64,000 nucleotides of DNA from positions 283-64,282 of the forward strand of contig JAGGZE010000148.1 in assembly GCA_021162205.1 (NCBI GenBank), in the 5' to 3' direction. The notes under the pieces are model-generated. The model worked only from the letters and a program-made list of their open reading frames with translations, was not told the DNA's origin and ran no database searches. Positions within the stretch are counted from its first letter, which is position 1; each line of letters begins with the position of its first letter. Below, one piece after another: positions 18,561-28,529 of the stretch. The translations under genes were made by a program, and so were the position numbers. Origin of the DNA: a bacterium (GTDB lineage: Bacteria > UBP14 > UBA6098 > B30-G16).

Positions 18561-19061
18561 ATGAAAAGAGCAATCGTAGCACTTATAATTTTAATATCGG
18601 TTATAAGTTTTGCCGGGAATAAAAATGCTGAAAAGCTTATCTGGCATCCATTCGGAGATGCGAAAATTTTATCTAAGGAAAATAATAAGCCACTTATGGT
18701 AGTAGTTGTTAGCGCGAGTTGTGGATGGTGCAAAAAATATTTAAGCACCACACTTGCGGATAATGAAGTCGATGCTCAACTCGACAAATATTTTGTCGTC
18801 TCGAAAGTAAATGTATCCTCGATGAATAAAATCGAAGTCGATGGCAAAGAATATACTGAAAGGCAAATCGGTTCGATGTTTGCCGTGAGAGGTGTGCCTG
18901 CCACAATTTTTATCTCTCCATCCGATACTATTATCGCAAAATTACCCGGATATATTCCTACCGATAAATTCAAAACCATAATACAGTATTTGGGTGAAGG
19001 ATGGTATAAAGATATGACATATCAAGAATTTATCGAAAGCGATAACAAAATAAATAAATAA
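18561..19061 (+). CDS. Periplasmic thioredoxin-fold protein (CxxC)
   Basis: Signal peptide, then 'VVVSASCGWCKKY' as a CGWC active site in a thioredoxin-like context. Confidence 0.65.
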   Translation: MKRAIVALIILISVISFAGNKNAEKLIWHPFGDAKILSKENNKPLMVVVVSASCGWCKKYLSTTLADNEVDAQLDKYFVVSKVNVSSMNKIEVDGKEYTERQIGSMFAVRGVPATIFISPSDTIIAKLPGYIPTDKFKTIIQYLGEGWYKDMTYQEFIESDNKINK

Positions 19062-19182
19062 TTCGACTATATATCTCGATTTTCCCACCGATAAAAGTAT
19101 ATTTTCTTAGAAATATCTCGATAGTGTATCACCGATTTTACCATAAATACTTATGTTTCCCACCCCGATATTCGAAAAAAGC

Positions 19183-19211
19183 TTGACAATATAAGGTGTC
19201 ATACATATTAT
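19183..19211 (+). promoter_or_regulatory. Sigma-70-like promoter: TTGACA, 17-bp spacer, TATTAT, ending 7 bp before the rimO ATG
   Basis: ttgaca at 19183-88 and tattat at 19206-11. The spacing predicts a leaderless or near-leaderless transcript. Confidence 0.35.
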
Positions 19212-19217
19212 TATACG

Positions 19218-20561
19218 ATGTATGGGAATGAAGAAAATAGTTTTAATGTATTTTTTGCAAATCTCGGCTGTCCCAAGAACCAGGTAGATGGTCGAGTTTG
19301 GATTAATCGTCTGTCGAAATCGGGGTTTAATATTGTTGGCAATCCCGACGAGGCGGATTTTTTATTTGTCAATACCTGCGCTTTTATCGAGGATGCTCGC
19401 AAGGAATCTACCGAAATGATAGAACTGCTCGGTAAAGTCAAAAAAAAGTATAAAGATAAAAAAATATTTATTGTCGGATGCTGGGCTCAAAAAGATGGTA
19501 AAAAATTGTTTAATAAGTTCTCATTCATCGATGGTGTGCTCGGTAATCTCGATATCGATACGACATACAAGTTTTTCCTTGAAAATTATGGAAAAAACAA
19601 TAGGTTGATTTATATTCCAACCGAACCGAACAAACAGTATCCTATCGATAATGATTTACCGAACACTTATCCGTATGCCTATCTTAAAATCGCCGAGGGT
19701 TGTGATAATCATTGTTCATATTGTGTTATTCCATCGATTCGCAGTTCCTTTCGCAGTGTTCCTGTGGAAATTTTGATTGAACAGGCAAAGTTTTTAATAG
19801 ATAATAATTTTAAGGAAATCATTTTAGTTGCACAGGAAACCACTCGATACGGTCAGGACCTCGATGGAAATATCGACCTTTCATATCTAATCGAAAAATT
19901 GGATTCCCTCGATGGTGATTTTAATATTCGAGTGATGTATCTTCATCCACTTCGAGTTACAAAAAAACTTGTCGATACGATGGCGCGACTTCCCAAAGTA
20001 ATTAAATATCTCGATATTCCACTTCAGCATTATAACAGCAAAATATTGGCTCGAATGAATCGTGGATACGATTCCGAATACATCGATAAAATGCTGGATA
20101 TGATACATTCTGCGGATAGTGATTTTACACTTAGAACTACATTTATAGTCGGTTTTCCCGGCGAAAATGACGATAAATTTGAAAATTTACTAAATTTTGT
20201 TTCTAATGGCTATTTTCTTCATCAAGGGATTTTTGAATATTCACTCGAATTTGGAACAGAAGCATCTAAATTTCCCGAACGAGTTCCATCCGATGTGGCG
20301 AGTCTTCGCAAAGAGCTTTTGGAAATGGTTCAGGATGAAATAGTTATAGATAAAAATATTGAATTTGAAAACAGAGTTGTGGAAGCGATTATCGATAGGC
20401 ACACGATTCGTGAGGGAATATCTATCGCTCGAATGCTCGATGATGCTCCCGAAATAGATAGACAAATTCGAGTTCAGGGGATGCGTGAACCCGGTGAAAA
20501 AGTCAATGTAAGAATTATCAAGGCACTTACCCATAATTTCCTTGGAATTATCGAGGAATAA
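19218..20561 (+). CDS. rimO: Ribosomal protein S12 methylthiotransferase (radical SAM, MiaB family)
   Basis: N-terminal MTTase 'LGCPKNQVDG…NTCAFIEDARKES', radical-SAM 'CDNHCSYCVIP', C-terminal TRAM domain. Confidence 0.85.
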   Translation: MYGNEENSFNVFFANLGCPKNQVDGRVWINRLSKSGFNIVGNPDEADFLFVNTCAFIEDARKESTEMIELLGKVKKKYKDKKIFIVGCWAQKDGKKLFNKFSFIDGVLGNLDIDTTYKFFLENYGKNNRLIYIPTEPNKQYPIDNDLPNTYPYAYLKIAEGCDNHCSYCVIPSIRSSFRSVPVEILIEQAKFLIDNNFKEIILVAQETTRYGQDLDGNIDLSYLIEKLDSLDGDFNIRVMYLHPLRVTKKLVDTMARLPKVIKYLDIPLQHYNSKILARMNRGYDSEYIDKMLDMIHSADSDFTLRTTFIVGFPGENDDKFENLLNFVSNGYFLHQGIFEYSLEFGTEASKFPERVPSDVASLRKELLEMVQDEIVIDKNIEFENRVVEAIIDRHTIREGISIARMLDDAPEIDRQIRVQGMREPGEKVNVRIIKALTHNFLGIIEE

Positions 20562-20591
20562 TTTTATATCCTTTTCGGCATTTTATTCGGA

Positions 20592-21713
20592 CTAATCGCG
20601 GGTGTAGTCTATATGGATAATAGCATCGGCGATATTTTCGATTTCGATAATTTTCTCACGAATTTCGTCGGCGATTCGGTGAGCATTTTTAACTTTCATT
20701 TCGGGATCCACCACGATATCTGCTATTATGATAAAACCATTTTCTGAAACCAATGCATCGACACCGTGAAATTCCTTTATTTTATCGTAATTTGTAAGAA
20801 TTTGCCTAACTCGTGTAATAATCTCATTTTCGATTTCACTTTCATTTTCGCAAGGTTCAGTATGAATAATCACATTGGCGAGACGAGGGAATTTAGTTAT
20901 TAACACATCCCTTACTCTGTGAGAGATTATGTGAGCATCGGCGATAGACAATTCCGACGGCACGGAAATATCGATGTGAGCGAATACTTTGCCGCCAGCG
21001 GTTCGCATTTGAAGAGAATGGATTTTTTCGACAGCGGGAATCGAGATGATTGTTTGTTCGACAGCATATTCGAAGTCATCGTCGGGAGCGCCATCTAAAA
21101 GTTCGTGTCCTCCACGGGAAATTATTTTAATTCCTGTCCGTGATACCCACAATGCTACGATTGCCGATGCTACAGGGTCTCCCCAGCGAATTTTCATAAA
21201 TGATGATAGAAAAATTCCAATCAGCGCAGCCACAGATGTTAGAGCATCGGCAAACTTGTGAACAGCACCGGCTTCGAGCGCACTGCTGAAATATTTTTTC
21301 GATGCTCGATGAAGATAAAAATATGTGATTAGACATCCGATAATCGAACCGAATGCTACTAATCCTGTCCATTGCTTAGGTGTCGAAAAATTTCCTGTGT
21401 AAAGCGAAAATATGGAGCGATACAGCATAAGTATAGCACTCGATACAATCATAATCCCGACAATCGCTGTAACAAGCGATTCTGCCTTATAGTGACCATA
21501 GGGATGTTTTTTATCCGGTGGTTTCCCGGCGAACCATATACCGCCGAGAATGACAATATCCCCGACAAAATCCGTAAGCGAATCCAACGAATCCGAAATC
21601 AATGCCGAACTATGTCCAAGAATACCACCAATCAGTTTTCCAACGAAAAGAATTGTATTCATCGCAATCGCGAAAAACACTGCGGATTTTTTCTTTTTAT
21701 TTTCGTTCATCAT
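20592..21713 (-). CDS. Cation diffusion facilitator family metal efflux transporter
   Basis: 'LISDSLDSLTDFVGDIV', 'HPYGHYKAESL' and six TM helices with a C-terminal cytoplasmic domain. Confidence 0.8.
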   Translation of the reverse strand: MMNENKKKKSAVFFAIAMNTILFVGKLIGGILGHSSALISDSLDSLTDFVGDIVILGGIWFAGKPPDKKHPYGHYKAESLVTAIVGIMIVSSAILMLYRSIFSLYTGNFSTPKQWTGLVAFGSIIGCLITYFYLHRASKKYFSSALEAGAVHKFADALTSVAALIGIFLSSFMKIRWGDPVASAIVALWVSRTGIKIISRGGHELLDGAPDDDFEYAVEQTIISIPAVEKIHSLQMRTAGGKVFAHIDISVPSELSIADAHIISHRVRDVLITKFPRLANVIIHTEPCENESEIENEIITRVRQILTNYDKIKEFHGVDALVSENGFIIIADIVVDPEMKVKNAHRIADEIREKIIEIENIADAIIHIDYTRD

Positions 21714-22489
21714 TTTAATAATCTGTTAGCCAATTTTTCAAAATCGCCCCAAAGATAATCGGTTTTTGGATGAAATAGCGAACGAAGTATATTTTTCTTT
21801 ATTTCGGGATATTCATTTTTCATTCGAGTGAGTAAATTTTTCACCCATTCTCTTCGGGTATCGCCGGCATAAGGGCAATTTTTCTCGATTGTCGGAAATA
21901 CTCGCAATTTCGCATATCGTTTGATATAATCTTCGTCGACAAGAATCATCGGGCGGATAATGTAGAAAAGTCCATCAAACAATTCCTGTTTCGGCATTAT
22001 AGCACTTATTCTGCGTGAAAATAGAATATTTAGTAAAAATGTTTCGATTAAATCGTCCTTATGATGTCCCAATGTGATAAATTTGGCATCGAGTGATTGT
22101 GCTGTTTCGAGCAAAGTTTTTCTTCGCATTCTCGAACAGGTAAAACACGGTGGAAATGGATTTTCATCCGACTGCACCGATTTTGCAATCGAATGTTTCT
22201 CGATAATTTGCAATTTCATTTCCCGATTAGTGCAAAATCGCTTAATCGCATCGATTTTATCGTTATCGATAGGGAAAAATCCCGCATCGACAAAAACAGG
22301 AACAAACTCGATTTTTTTTCGCCATCGTTTCGATAACTCGAACATAATATCGACAAGAACGAGACTATCTGCTCCACCTGATAGACCGATAACCACTTTG
22401 CTGCAATCGGGGAACATCCCGAATATCGACGATGTTTTAGCAGCACGGCGAAGAATAAGCGTTTTTAATTTATTCGGGGATAAAATCAT
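21710..22489 (-). CDS. PP-loop ATPase, TtcA/TtuA-like tRNA thiolation protein
   Basis: 'VVIGLSGGADSLVL' PP-loop and 'CFTCS' CxxC. The likely start is 'MILSPNKL' at 22489, giving a 4-bp overlap with fabG. The ORF track extends to 22552. Confidence 0.65.
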   Translation of the reverse strand: MILSPNKLKTLILRRAAKTSSIFGMFPDCSKVVIGLSGGADSLVLVDIMFELSKRWRKKIEFVPVFVDAGFFPIDNDKIDAIKRFCTNREMKLQIIEKHSIAKSVQSDENPFPPCFTCSRMRRKTLLETAQSLDAKFITLGHHKDDLIETFLLNILFSRRISAIMPKQELFDGLFYIIRPMILVDEDYIKRYAKLRVFPTIEKNCPYAGDTRREWVKNLLTRMKNEYPEIKKNILRSLFHPKTDYLWGDFEKLANRLLK

Positions 22490-23226
22490 ATCGCCATTCC
22501 GCCATCCACACGGATAATCTCGCCAGTGATATAATCGCTTTCGGGAGAACACAGAAACATAACGAGTTCGGCGACATCGTCGGGTTTGCCGGGATATTTC
22601 AGTGGAGTTGCCTGCAAAAATTCATCGACCGCTTTCTCTGGAAGATTTTTCGTCATCTCGGTCTCGATAAATCCAGGTGCGACAGCATTGCAGCGGATTC
22701 CACGCGATGCGAGTTCCTTAGCGGTGCTTTTTGTCAATCCAATAATACCCGCTTTCGATGCCGAATAGTTTGCCTGAGCGGCATTGCCGAATATCCCCAC
22801 GACAGATGAGATATTCACGATTTTCCCATAGCGATTTTTCATCATCGGGCGAACGATTGCTTTGGTGAACAGGAATGCCCCTTTCAAATTAACTGCAAGC
22901 ACGATATCCCAATCATCGGGGGGCATTCGCATAATGAGATTATCGCGAGTGATACCCGCATTATTGATTAGAATATCTATTCTGCCGAATTTCTCGACAA
23001 TGCTGTCGGTAGTCTGTTTGACATCGTTCCAGTTCGAGACATCGCATTTGAAATATTCAGCGATTCCATTAGATGATACGATTTCATCATGGCGAGCTGA
23101 CAGGTCGTTCTCATTGATATCGACGAGTGCGATTTTTGCACCGTGCGATGCCAGCTTTTTCGCTATCGCCGCACCGATTCCTCGCCCCGAACCTGTGATT
23201 ATCGCGACTTTGTCCGTAAGATGCAT
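22486..23226 (-). CDS. fabG: 3-oxoacyl-[ACP] reductase
   Basis: 'VAIITGSGRGIGAAIA', 'NNAG', the SDR catalytic triad region, and length and identity pattern of FabG. Confidence 0.85.
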   Translation of the reverse strand: MHLTDKVAIITGSGRGIGAAIAKKLASHGAKIALVDINENDLSARHDEIVSSNGIAEYFKCDVSNWNDVKQTTDSIVEKFGRIDILINNAGITRDNLIMRMPPDDWDIVLAVNLKGAFLFTKAIVRPMMKNRYGKIVNISSVVGIFGNAAQANYSASKAGIIGLTKSTAKELASRGIRCNAVAPGFIETEMTKNLPEKAVDEFLQATPLKYPGKPDDVAELVMFLCSPESDYITGEIIRVDGGMAI

Positions 23227-23304
23227 TATATCCTCCTTTTCCTTTGATTTCTTGCAATTTTCGCTTAATTTATATCATAAAAACAATTTAGTCAAAATAA
23301 TTCG

Positions 23305-24210
23305 ATGGATTTAGAAAGTTATATACCAGAATTTTTGCTGCATATCGGTAAGGAACGCAATTTCGCTGCTGGCACGGTGGAATATTACGATGTCGATTTG
23401 AAGCAGTTCGTCGATTTCCTCCAAACCGAATTCCCCGATGGTCTCGAAAATCCGAAATCTATAGATATAATCGTTCTGCGAGCATATATAGCGGGTCTCG
23501 TTCAATCGGGATACAAAACTGGAACGATTCATCGTAAAATCGATGTTCTGCGGTCGTTTTTCAAATTCCTATACAACCGAAATGTAATCGATGTGAACTA
23601 TATCAAACATATAAAGCTTCCCAAAATGCCGAAGAAATTTCCATCGTTTTTAGATTTTGCACAAGCGAACAAGGCGATGGAACTTCCAGATACATCGAAA
23701 CCACTCGGACTGCGAGATAAGGCGGTAATGGAACTTCTATATGCCACAGGTATCCGCCGCAGCGAACTCGTGGGACTTAATCTCGACGATGTCGATTTCC
23801 CGCAGATGCGAATAAAGGTGTTCGGCAAGGGTTCTAAAGAACGAATCGTCCCATTCAACGAATCTGCGAAAAATGCGATGGAAGAATATTTATCTCGTGC
23901 GAGACCGCTGTTCGACAAATCGGGCAGTGCGAAGGCATTGTTCCTAACCCGCAATGGCACGAGAGTATCCCCGCAAGATGTTTATAAAATCGTCCGCAAG
24001 TATCTGACGCAGGTAACCGATGGCAAACGCAGTCCGCATGTTTTGAGGCATACATTCGCCACGCATTTGCTCGAAAATGGTGCCGACCTTATGGCAATCA
24101 AGGAATTGTTGGGGCACGAATCCATTGCCACTACGCAGATATACACTCATACGACAATCGAACATCTGCGGGAAATCTACCGCAAAGCCCATCCTAAAGG
24201 CGACAAATAA
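23305..24210 (+). CDS. Tyrosine site-specific recombinase, XerC/XerD family
   Basis: N-terminal SAM-like core-binding region. C-terminus 'HVLRHTFATHLLENGADLMAIKELLGHESIATTQIYTH' carries the R-H-R-Y catalytic residues. Confidence 0.85.
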   Translation: MDLESYIPEFLLHIGKERNFAAGTVEYYDVDLKQFVDFLQTEFPDGLENPKSIDIIVLRAYIAGLVQSGYKTGTIHRKIDVLRSFFKFLYNRNVIDVNYIKHIKLPKMPKKFPSFLDFAQANKAMELPDTSKPLGLRDKAVMELLYATGIRRSELVGLNLDDVDFPQMRIKVFGKGSKERIVPFNESAKNAMEEYLSRARPLFDKSGSAKALFLTRNGTRVSPQDVYKIVRKYLTQVTDGKRSPHVLRHTFATHLLENGADLMAIKELLGHESIATTQIYTHTTIEHLREIYRKAHPKGDK

Positions 24211-24267
24211 CACATTTCAGGCACCCGTTCGGGTGTTTTTATCGAAGCGATATTTTCGAATTTTTAC

Positions 24268-24294
24268 TTGACTTTGAGAAAATATTGTTATAAT
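24268..24294 (+). promoter_or_regulatory. Candidate promoter with extended -10 (TTGACT, 15-bp spacer, TGtTATAAT)
   Basis: ttgact at 24268-73 and tgttataat at 24286-94. It lies about 360 bp upstream of the next CDS and precedes a 10-codon upstream ORF (uORF) with a Shine-Dalgarno site. Confidence 0.3.
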
Positions 24295-24580
24295 ATATAA
24301 AAATCGAAAAAAGGCGGAGGTATTATGATTAAAGGAAATAAAGGATTTTCCCAATAAATTATAGCAAAATAATAGGTCTGGAAATATAAATTGTTGGAAT
24401 TATGAGAGATAGAGAAAATTGAGAATTGTAAGAGCGCAAAATTCCACGCCCCTGCGAAAATGTAAATAATCACGAGTCAAAGTTTGCAGGACTGTCGCAG
24501 ATTATAATCGACCAGCTCATTAAAACTTTTTAACCTGATACCATCTGCAAAAAAAGAGACATTATTTTCGATAAGAGATA

Positions 24581-24608
24581 TTGACATTTAAATTATTATT
24601 GGTATTAT
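24581..24608 (+). promoter_or_regulatory. Sigma-70-like promoter: TTGACA, 16-bp spacer, TATTAT
   Basis: ttgaca at 24581-86 and tattat at 24603-08, about 45 bp upstream of the ATG at 24654, which has a Shine-Dalgarno site AGAGGTG. Confidence 0.4.
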
Positions 24609-24653
24609 ATTGATGGATATAATCGAAATAGTTTTAAAAAGAGGTGATTTCCA

Positions 24654-27600
24654 ATGAAAAAGTTAGCAGCAATTTTAATTTTCGTAGGACTTATCGTTTA
24701 TGGTCAGTTGATTGGCAGTGTTTCACCGTCGGTTGGTGCACAGGGCGATAATCTTACGATAACAATTTTCGGCAGTGGTTTTGTCGCTACTCCAACAGCA
24801 GATTTCGGCGCAGGCATCTCGATTACATCGGTAACATATTTTACACCATCGCTTATAAATGTGAATATTTCGATTTCGCCGACCGCTTTACTCGGTTTCA
24901 GAGATGTGATTATCACAAATCCCGGCGGTGGTGCAGATACGGTTGTCGATGGTTTCGAGGTAGTTGCGGAAACAGACCCGCCGACAGTATTCCCCATATT
25001 TCCACCGCATTGTGGAATGATAATTTCCTGCCACGATACATCGATAATCATCGGACTTTTCGATGAAAATGGTATCGATGACACCACTTTGCAACTTGTA
25101 GTCGATGGAATTACTTATACATCGTCCGACCCCGAGGTTGTGATTTTAGGCGATTCACTTTTATATTTTTTCCCAACGACCTGGTTCACAGATGGAGATA
25201 CAATCGATTTCTCGATTTTAAGAATCGCAGATACTTTTGGAAATGTTGCGATAATGCCGATTGTGTGCAGTTTTATTGTCGATACAATGCCTCCGGCACT
25301 TACCGAACCAGTTCCTCCGATGAATACCAGTATCCGCGATTTAACACCCACAGTTTTAATCCCTGTTACAGACAATATTTCAGGTGTCGATAGCACATCT
25401 TTTGAATTGACGATTATCACTCCCGATGGCGATACTATCACATATCATTATGGCGATATGCCTATTACCTGGGATAGGGATACTTTTGTTTGGGAGGCTG
25501 GTATTGCAGGATTGAGTTTCGAGGAAAATGATACGATAATTATTTGTTTTTCCGCCAGTGACCTTGTCGGTGACGATGGCTGCGGAGCGAACAGTATGGA
25601 CACTTGCTGGTTATACTGGTTTCATGTGCCGCCACCTGCAGATGTAGATTTAATTATCGACCAAGTTTATACCGACCAATTCCCGCTCGTTTCTGCATTT
25701 TGCCTCGTTATGGATGAATACGATAACACTATCGCTGGACTCGATGAGAGCAATTTCACTGTCGATGAGGATTATGGTGCCAGTTGGATAAATCAATATC
25801 CTATAATCGCATATCTTCGCGGAGGTGGTGGAATGGCTGATATCGTATTCTGCATAGATATTACAGGTAGCATGTATACTATGATGGACGATGTTGTCGC
25901 TGGCTTGCACGATTTTGCTGAATCGCTTGCTGTTGCCGGAATTTCATATCGTTTGGGAATGGATTCTTTCGGTGATAGTGTTTATTTCCCTTATGGATAC
26001 GAATTGACAGGGGATATAGCTACTTTCGAGGGTTGGGTTACCGCTCTTCATTTTGGTGGTGGTGGCGATGGTCCCGAAGTTTCGCTCGATGCTATTATGG
26101 AAGCTGTCGATTCGATGCATTTCAGATATGGTGCAACAATTGTTACTATTATGGTTACAGATGCTGCACCTCATTATATCGGCAGTTCTTCGGAATGGTC
26201 GATAACTCCACCTGAACCTTCCCATTATACTCCCGAGCAGGTTTATAACAATCTTATTGCAAATAGAGTTGTTAGTTATGTTATTGCTGACACAGACTGG
26301 TATTCTCCCAGCGAATATTATTATCTTTGCAGCGATAGCACAGGTGGACAATTTTTCGGATGGAGTGGTGCTGGTGATTTCAATTTAATTCTCCCTCTAA
26401 TCAGCGAATCGATTAGAGGTGGATATATGGTAACTTGGTCGTCTGCTCATCCTATTGCCGACTGCACTATGCGAAATGTGAAAATTAAAGTCGGGTTAGA
26501 GGGATTATACGGACCGATTTCCGACCAGGACCAAAGTCAATATCTTGCTCCTTGTTCTCCAATAGCGACAATTATCGAACCATTGCCAGATACCTGGACA
26601 TCGGACTCGCTTCAGGGAGTTATGATGAGTTTTGCGGAACTCGACGATTCTGTAAATTCAGCTTCTATTCTATTTATGGTGAATGGTTCTATTTATAACA
26701 CATGGGGTTCTCCACAATTGATTTATACGCATCCGTTCTTGAACTGGACTGCGGTAACTCCATTTACAAATAATCAAATGGTCGGTGTCGAACTTGTTAG
26801 ACTTATGGATTCGCAGGGTAATCTTCCATTCACGGGACCGATACATTGGAATTTTCGTGTCGACCTTCTGCCGCCAAGAATTGCAAACCAATTGCCTGCT
26901 CCCGGTGAAATTGTTACAAATCATCAGCAACCCATTTGTTTCGATATATGGGATAATGAATCGGGATTGAACTGGGATGCACTTTTGGTCGGCATAGATT
27001 GTGCTGAAAGTAGATTGCATTGGCCGCCGCTTCTTACAACTCTTTCGACGACGAGTGCAGGTGTTACTATTTCTGGAAATCAGTTCTGCTGGGACCCATC
27101 TGTCGAGGGATTTTCATTCAAGGATAGGGATACTGTTTGCATAACATTATTGCGTGTTTTTGATAGTCCCGATTATGGCGAACCGAATGAATTGCCCGAT
27201 TCTCTTACAAGATGGTGTTTCTATATCCCCGATGACGATACACTTTGCCCCGAATTTTCTATACCATCGCCCGATTCGAATACTCAATTGCCGACAAATT
27301 TACCATTTACGATTAGCGATACGATTACGGATGAATCGGGTGTTTGGAATGCTTGGATAGAATATGATACCGATGGTTCTGTCGATGATGGAACATTTGA
27401 AACTGTTCCAATAACATTGGTGAGTGGCGATTTATTTTCCACAGATTTCGATGGTCAGCCTGAAATGATAGATTTCGTCTATAGGATTTGTGCTTGCGAT
27501 GCCGATACCGACAATAGCGATTATACCGATTCATCTTGCTGCTGTTCCGATGTTATGCCACTTTATTTCGGTTTCGGTCCTCAGGCAGAAATTATCGAAC

Positions 27601-28505
27601 CTAAGCAAGATTCTACATCGACTAATTATAATCAGCGAATCGTTATGCGAATTTTCGATGACGATGCAGGTGTGGATACGAGCACGATTCGACTCGAGGT
27701 CGCAGGGAATGTTCATAATTATAATTCTGTCGATTTCAGTTATATAGTCGATACAATGATATTTACTCCGCCGCCATCCGCATATTTTACCGATGGTGAA
27801 TCTGTCGAGGTTGCACTTTTGACTGCCGATGATTTTGCAGGGAATCATCTTCGAGGCGGCGAGAATTATCGATGGAAATTTTTCGTCGATTTAACTCCAC
27901 CTGTTGTATTGAGCACCGACCCTATCGAGGGACAGATAATCGAGGACAACCATTATGATATAGTATTCGATTTGAACGACCATTGGCGTCGAGTGGATTC
28001 ATCCACAATTTCGATTGGAATAAGCTCGAGGACATTCGATTATGGCGATGCCGGTGTTGTTTGGGATCCTGCATCGCAAGTTGTTAGACTAATTCCCGAA
28101 AATGCCGACCCAGAACTTGTCTATCCTAATGGAGATACTGTTTGCGCGACAATTACCTGCGCGGATATTCCCCCCGATTATGGAATGGTGAATAATATGA
28201 CGGAATTTCAGCTATGTTTTATATTCGTTATAAGCACCTGCGATTGCCGTCCGACTATACTTACTCCTAATGGCGATGGAATAAACGATATAGCGTATTT
28301 CCAATATCCGAGAATGATTTTTGGGAACGGGATAATTCATATCTATGAAATGGGTGGTGAAGAAATCTGGGCATCGGAACCCGGTGCTACTACTTGGAAT
28401 TGTCATTCGTCCACGGGGCATATTGTTAGCGCTGGCATATATATGTATTCTATCATTGTCGATGAAGAAACGGTTTGCAGTGGAACTCTCACTGTGGTTA
28501 GATAA
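24654..28505 (+). CDS. Large secreted surface protein with repeated Cys-containing Ig-like modules, an internal von Willebrand factor A (vWA) domain and a T9SS type-B CTD
   Basis: Signal peptide 'MKKLAAILIFVGLIVYG'. vWA 'DIVFCIDITGSMYTMMDDV…TIMVTDAAPHY' with a MIDAS motif DxTGS. Modules resemble those of the 3799-aa protein ('…SGVDSTSFEL…CGANSMDTCW'). C-terminus 'LTPNGDGINDIAYFQYP…GIYMYSIIV' is type B. Confidence 0.8.
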   Translation: MKKLAAILIFVGLIVYGQLIGSVSPSVGAQGDNLTITIFGSGFVATPTADFGAGISITSVTYFTPSLINVNISISPTALLGFRDVIITNPGGGADTVVDGFEVVAETDPPTVFPIFPPHCGMIISCHDTSIIIGLFDENGIDDTTLQLVVDGITYTSSDPEVVILGDSLLYFFPTTWFTDGDTIDFSILRIADTFGNVAIMPIVCSFIVDTMPPALTEPVPPMNTSIRDLTPTVLIPVTDNISGVDSTSFELTIITPDGDTITYHYGDMPITWDRDTFVWEAGIAGLSFEENDTIIICFSASDLVGDDGCGANSMDTCWLYWFHVPPPADVDLIIDQVYTDQFPLVSAFCLVMDEYDNTIAGLDESNFTVDEDYGASWINQYPIIAYLRGGGGMADIVFCIDITGSMYTMMDDVVAGLHDFAESLAVAGISYRLGMDSFGDSVYFPYGYELTGDIATFEGWVTALHFGGGGDGPEVSLDAIMEAVDSMHFRYGATIVTIMVTDAAPHYIGSSSEWSITPPEPSHYTPEQVYNNLIANRVVSYVIADTDWYSPSEYYYLCSDSTGGQFFGWSGAGDFNLILPLISESIRGGYMVTWSSAHPIADCTMRNVKIKVGLEGLYGPISDQDQSQYLAPCSPIATIIEPLPDTWTSDSLQGVMMSFAELDDSVNSASILFMVNGSIYNTWGSPQLIYTHPFLNWTAVTPFTNNQMVGVELVRLMDSQGNLPFTGPIHWNFRVDLLPPRIANQLPAPGEIVTNHQQPICFDIWDNESGLNWDALLVGIDCAESRLHWPPLLTTLSTTSAGVTISGNQFCWDPSVEGFSFKDRDTVCITLLRVFDSPDYGEPNELPDSLTRWCFYIPDDDTLCPEFSIPSPDSNTQLPTNLPFTISDTITDESGVWNAWIEYDTDGSVDDGTFETVPITLVSGDLFSTDFDGQPEMIDFVYRICACDADTDNSDYTDSSCCCSDVMPLYFGFGPQAEIIEPKQDSTSTNYNQRIVMRIFDDDAGVDTSTIRLEVAGNVHNYNSVDFSYIVDTMIFTPPPSAYFTDGESVEVALLTADDFAGNHLRGGENYRWKFFVDLTPPVVLSTDPIEGQIIEDNHYDIVFDLNDHWRRVDSSTISIGISSRTFDYGDAGVVWDPASQVVRLIPENADPELVYPNGDTVCATITCADIPPDYGMVNNMTEFQLCFIFVISTCDCRPTILTPNGDGINDIAYFQYPRMIFGNGIIHIYEMGGEEIWASEPGATTWNCHSSTGHIVSAGIYMYSIIVDEETVCSGTLTVVR

Positions 28506-28529
28506 TTACTGCGAAAGGAAATTATAAAA

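Noticed and set aside
23305-24210. Tyrosine recombinase as an integrase marking a mobile element or island boundary next to the surface-protein cluster.
   Set aside because: The sequence matches full-length housekeeping XerC/XerD with canonical termini. There are no flanking direct repeats, tRNA or phage/transposon genes. It is treated as chromosomal Xer.
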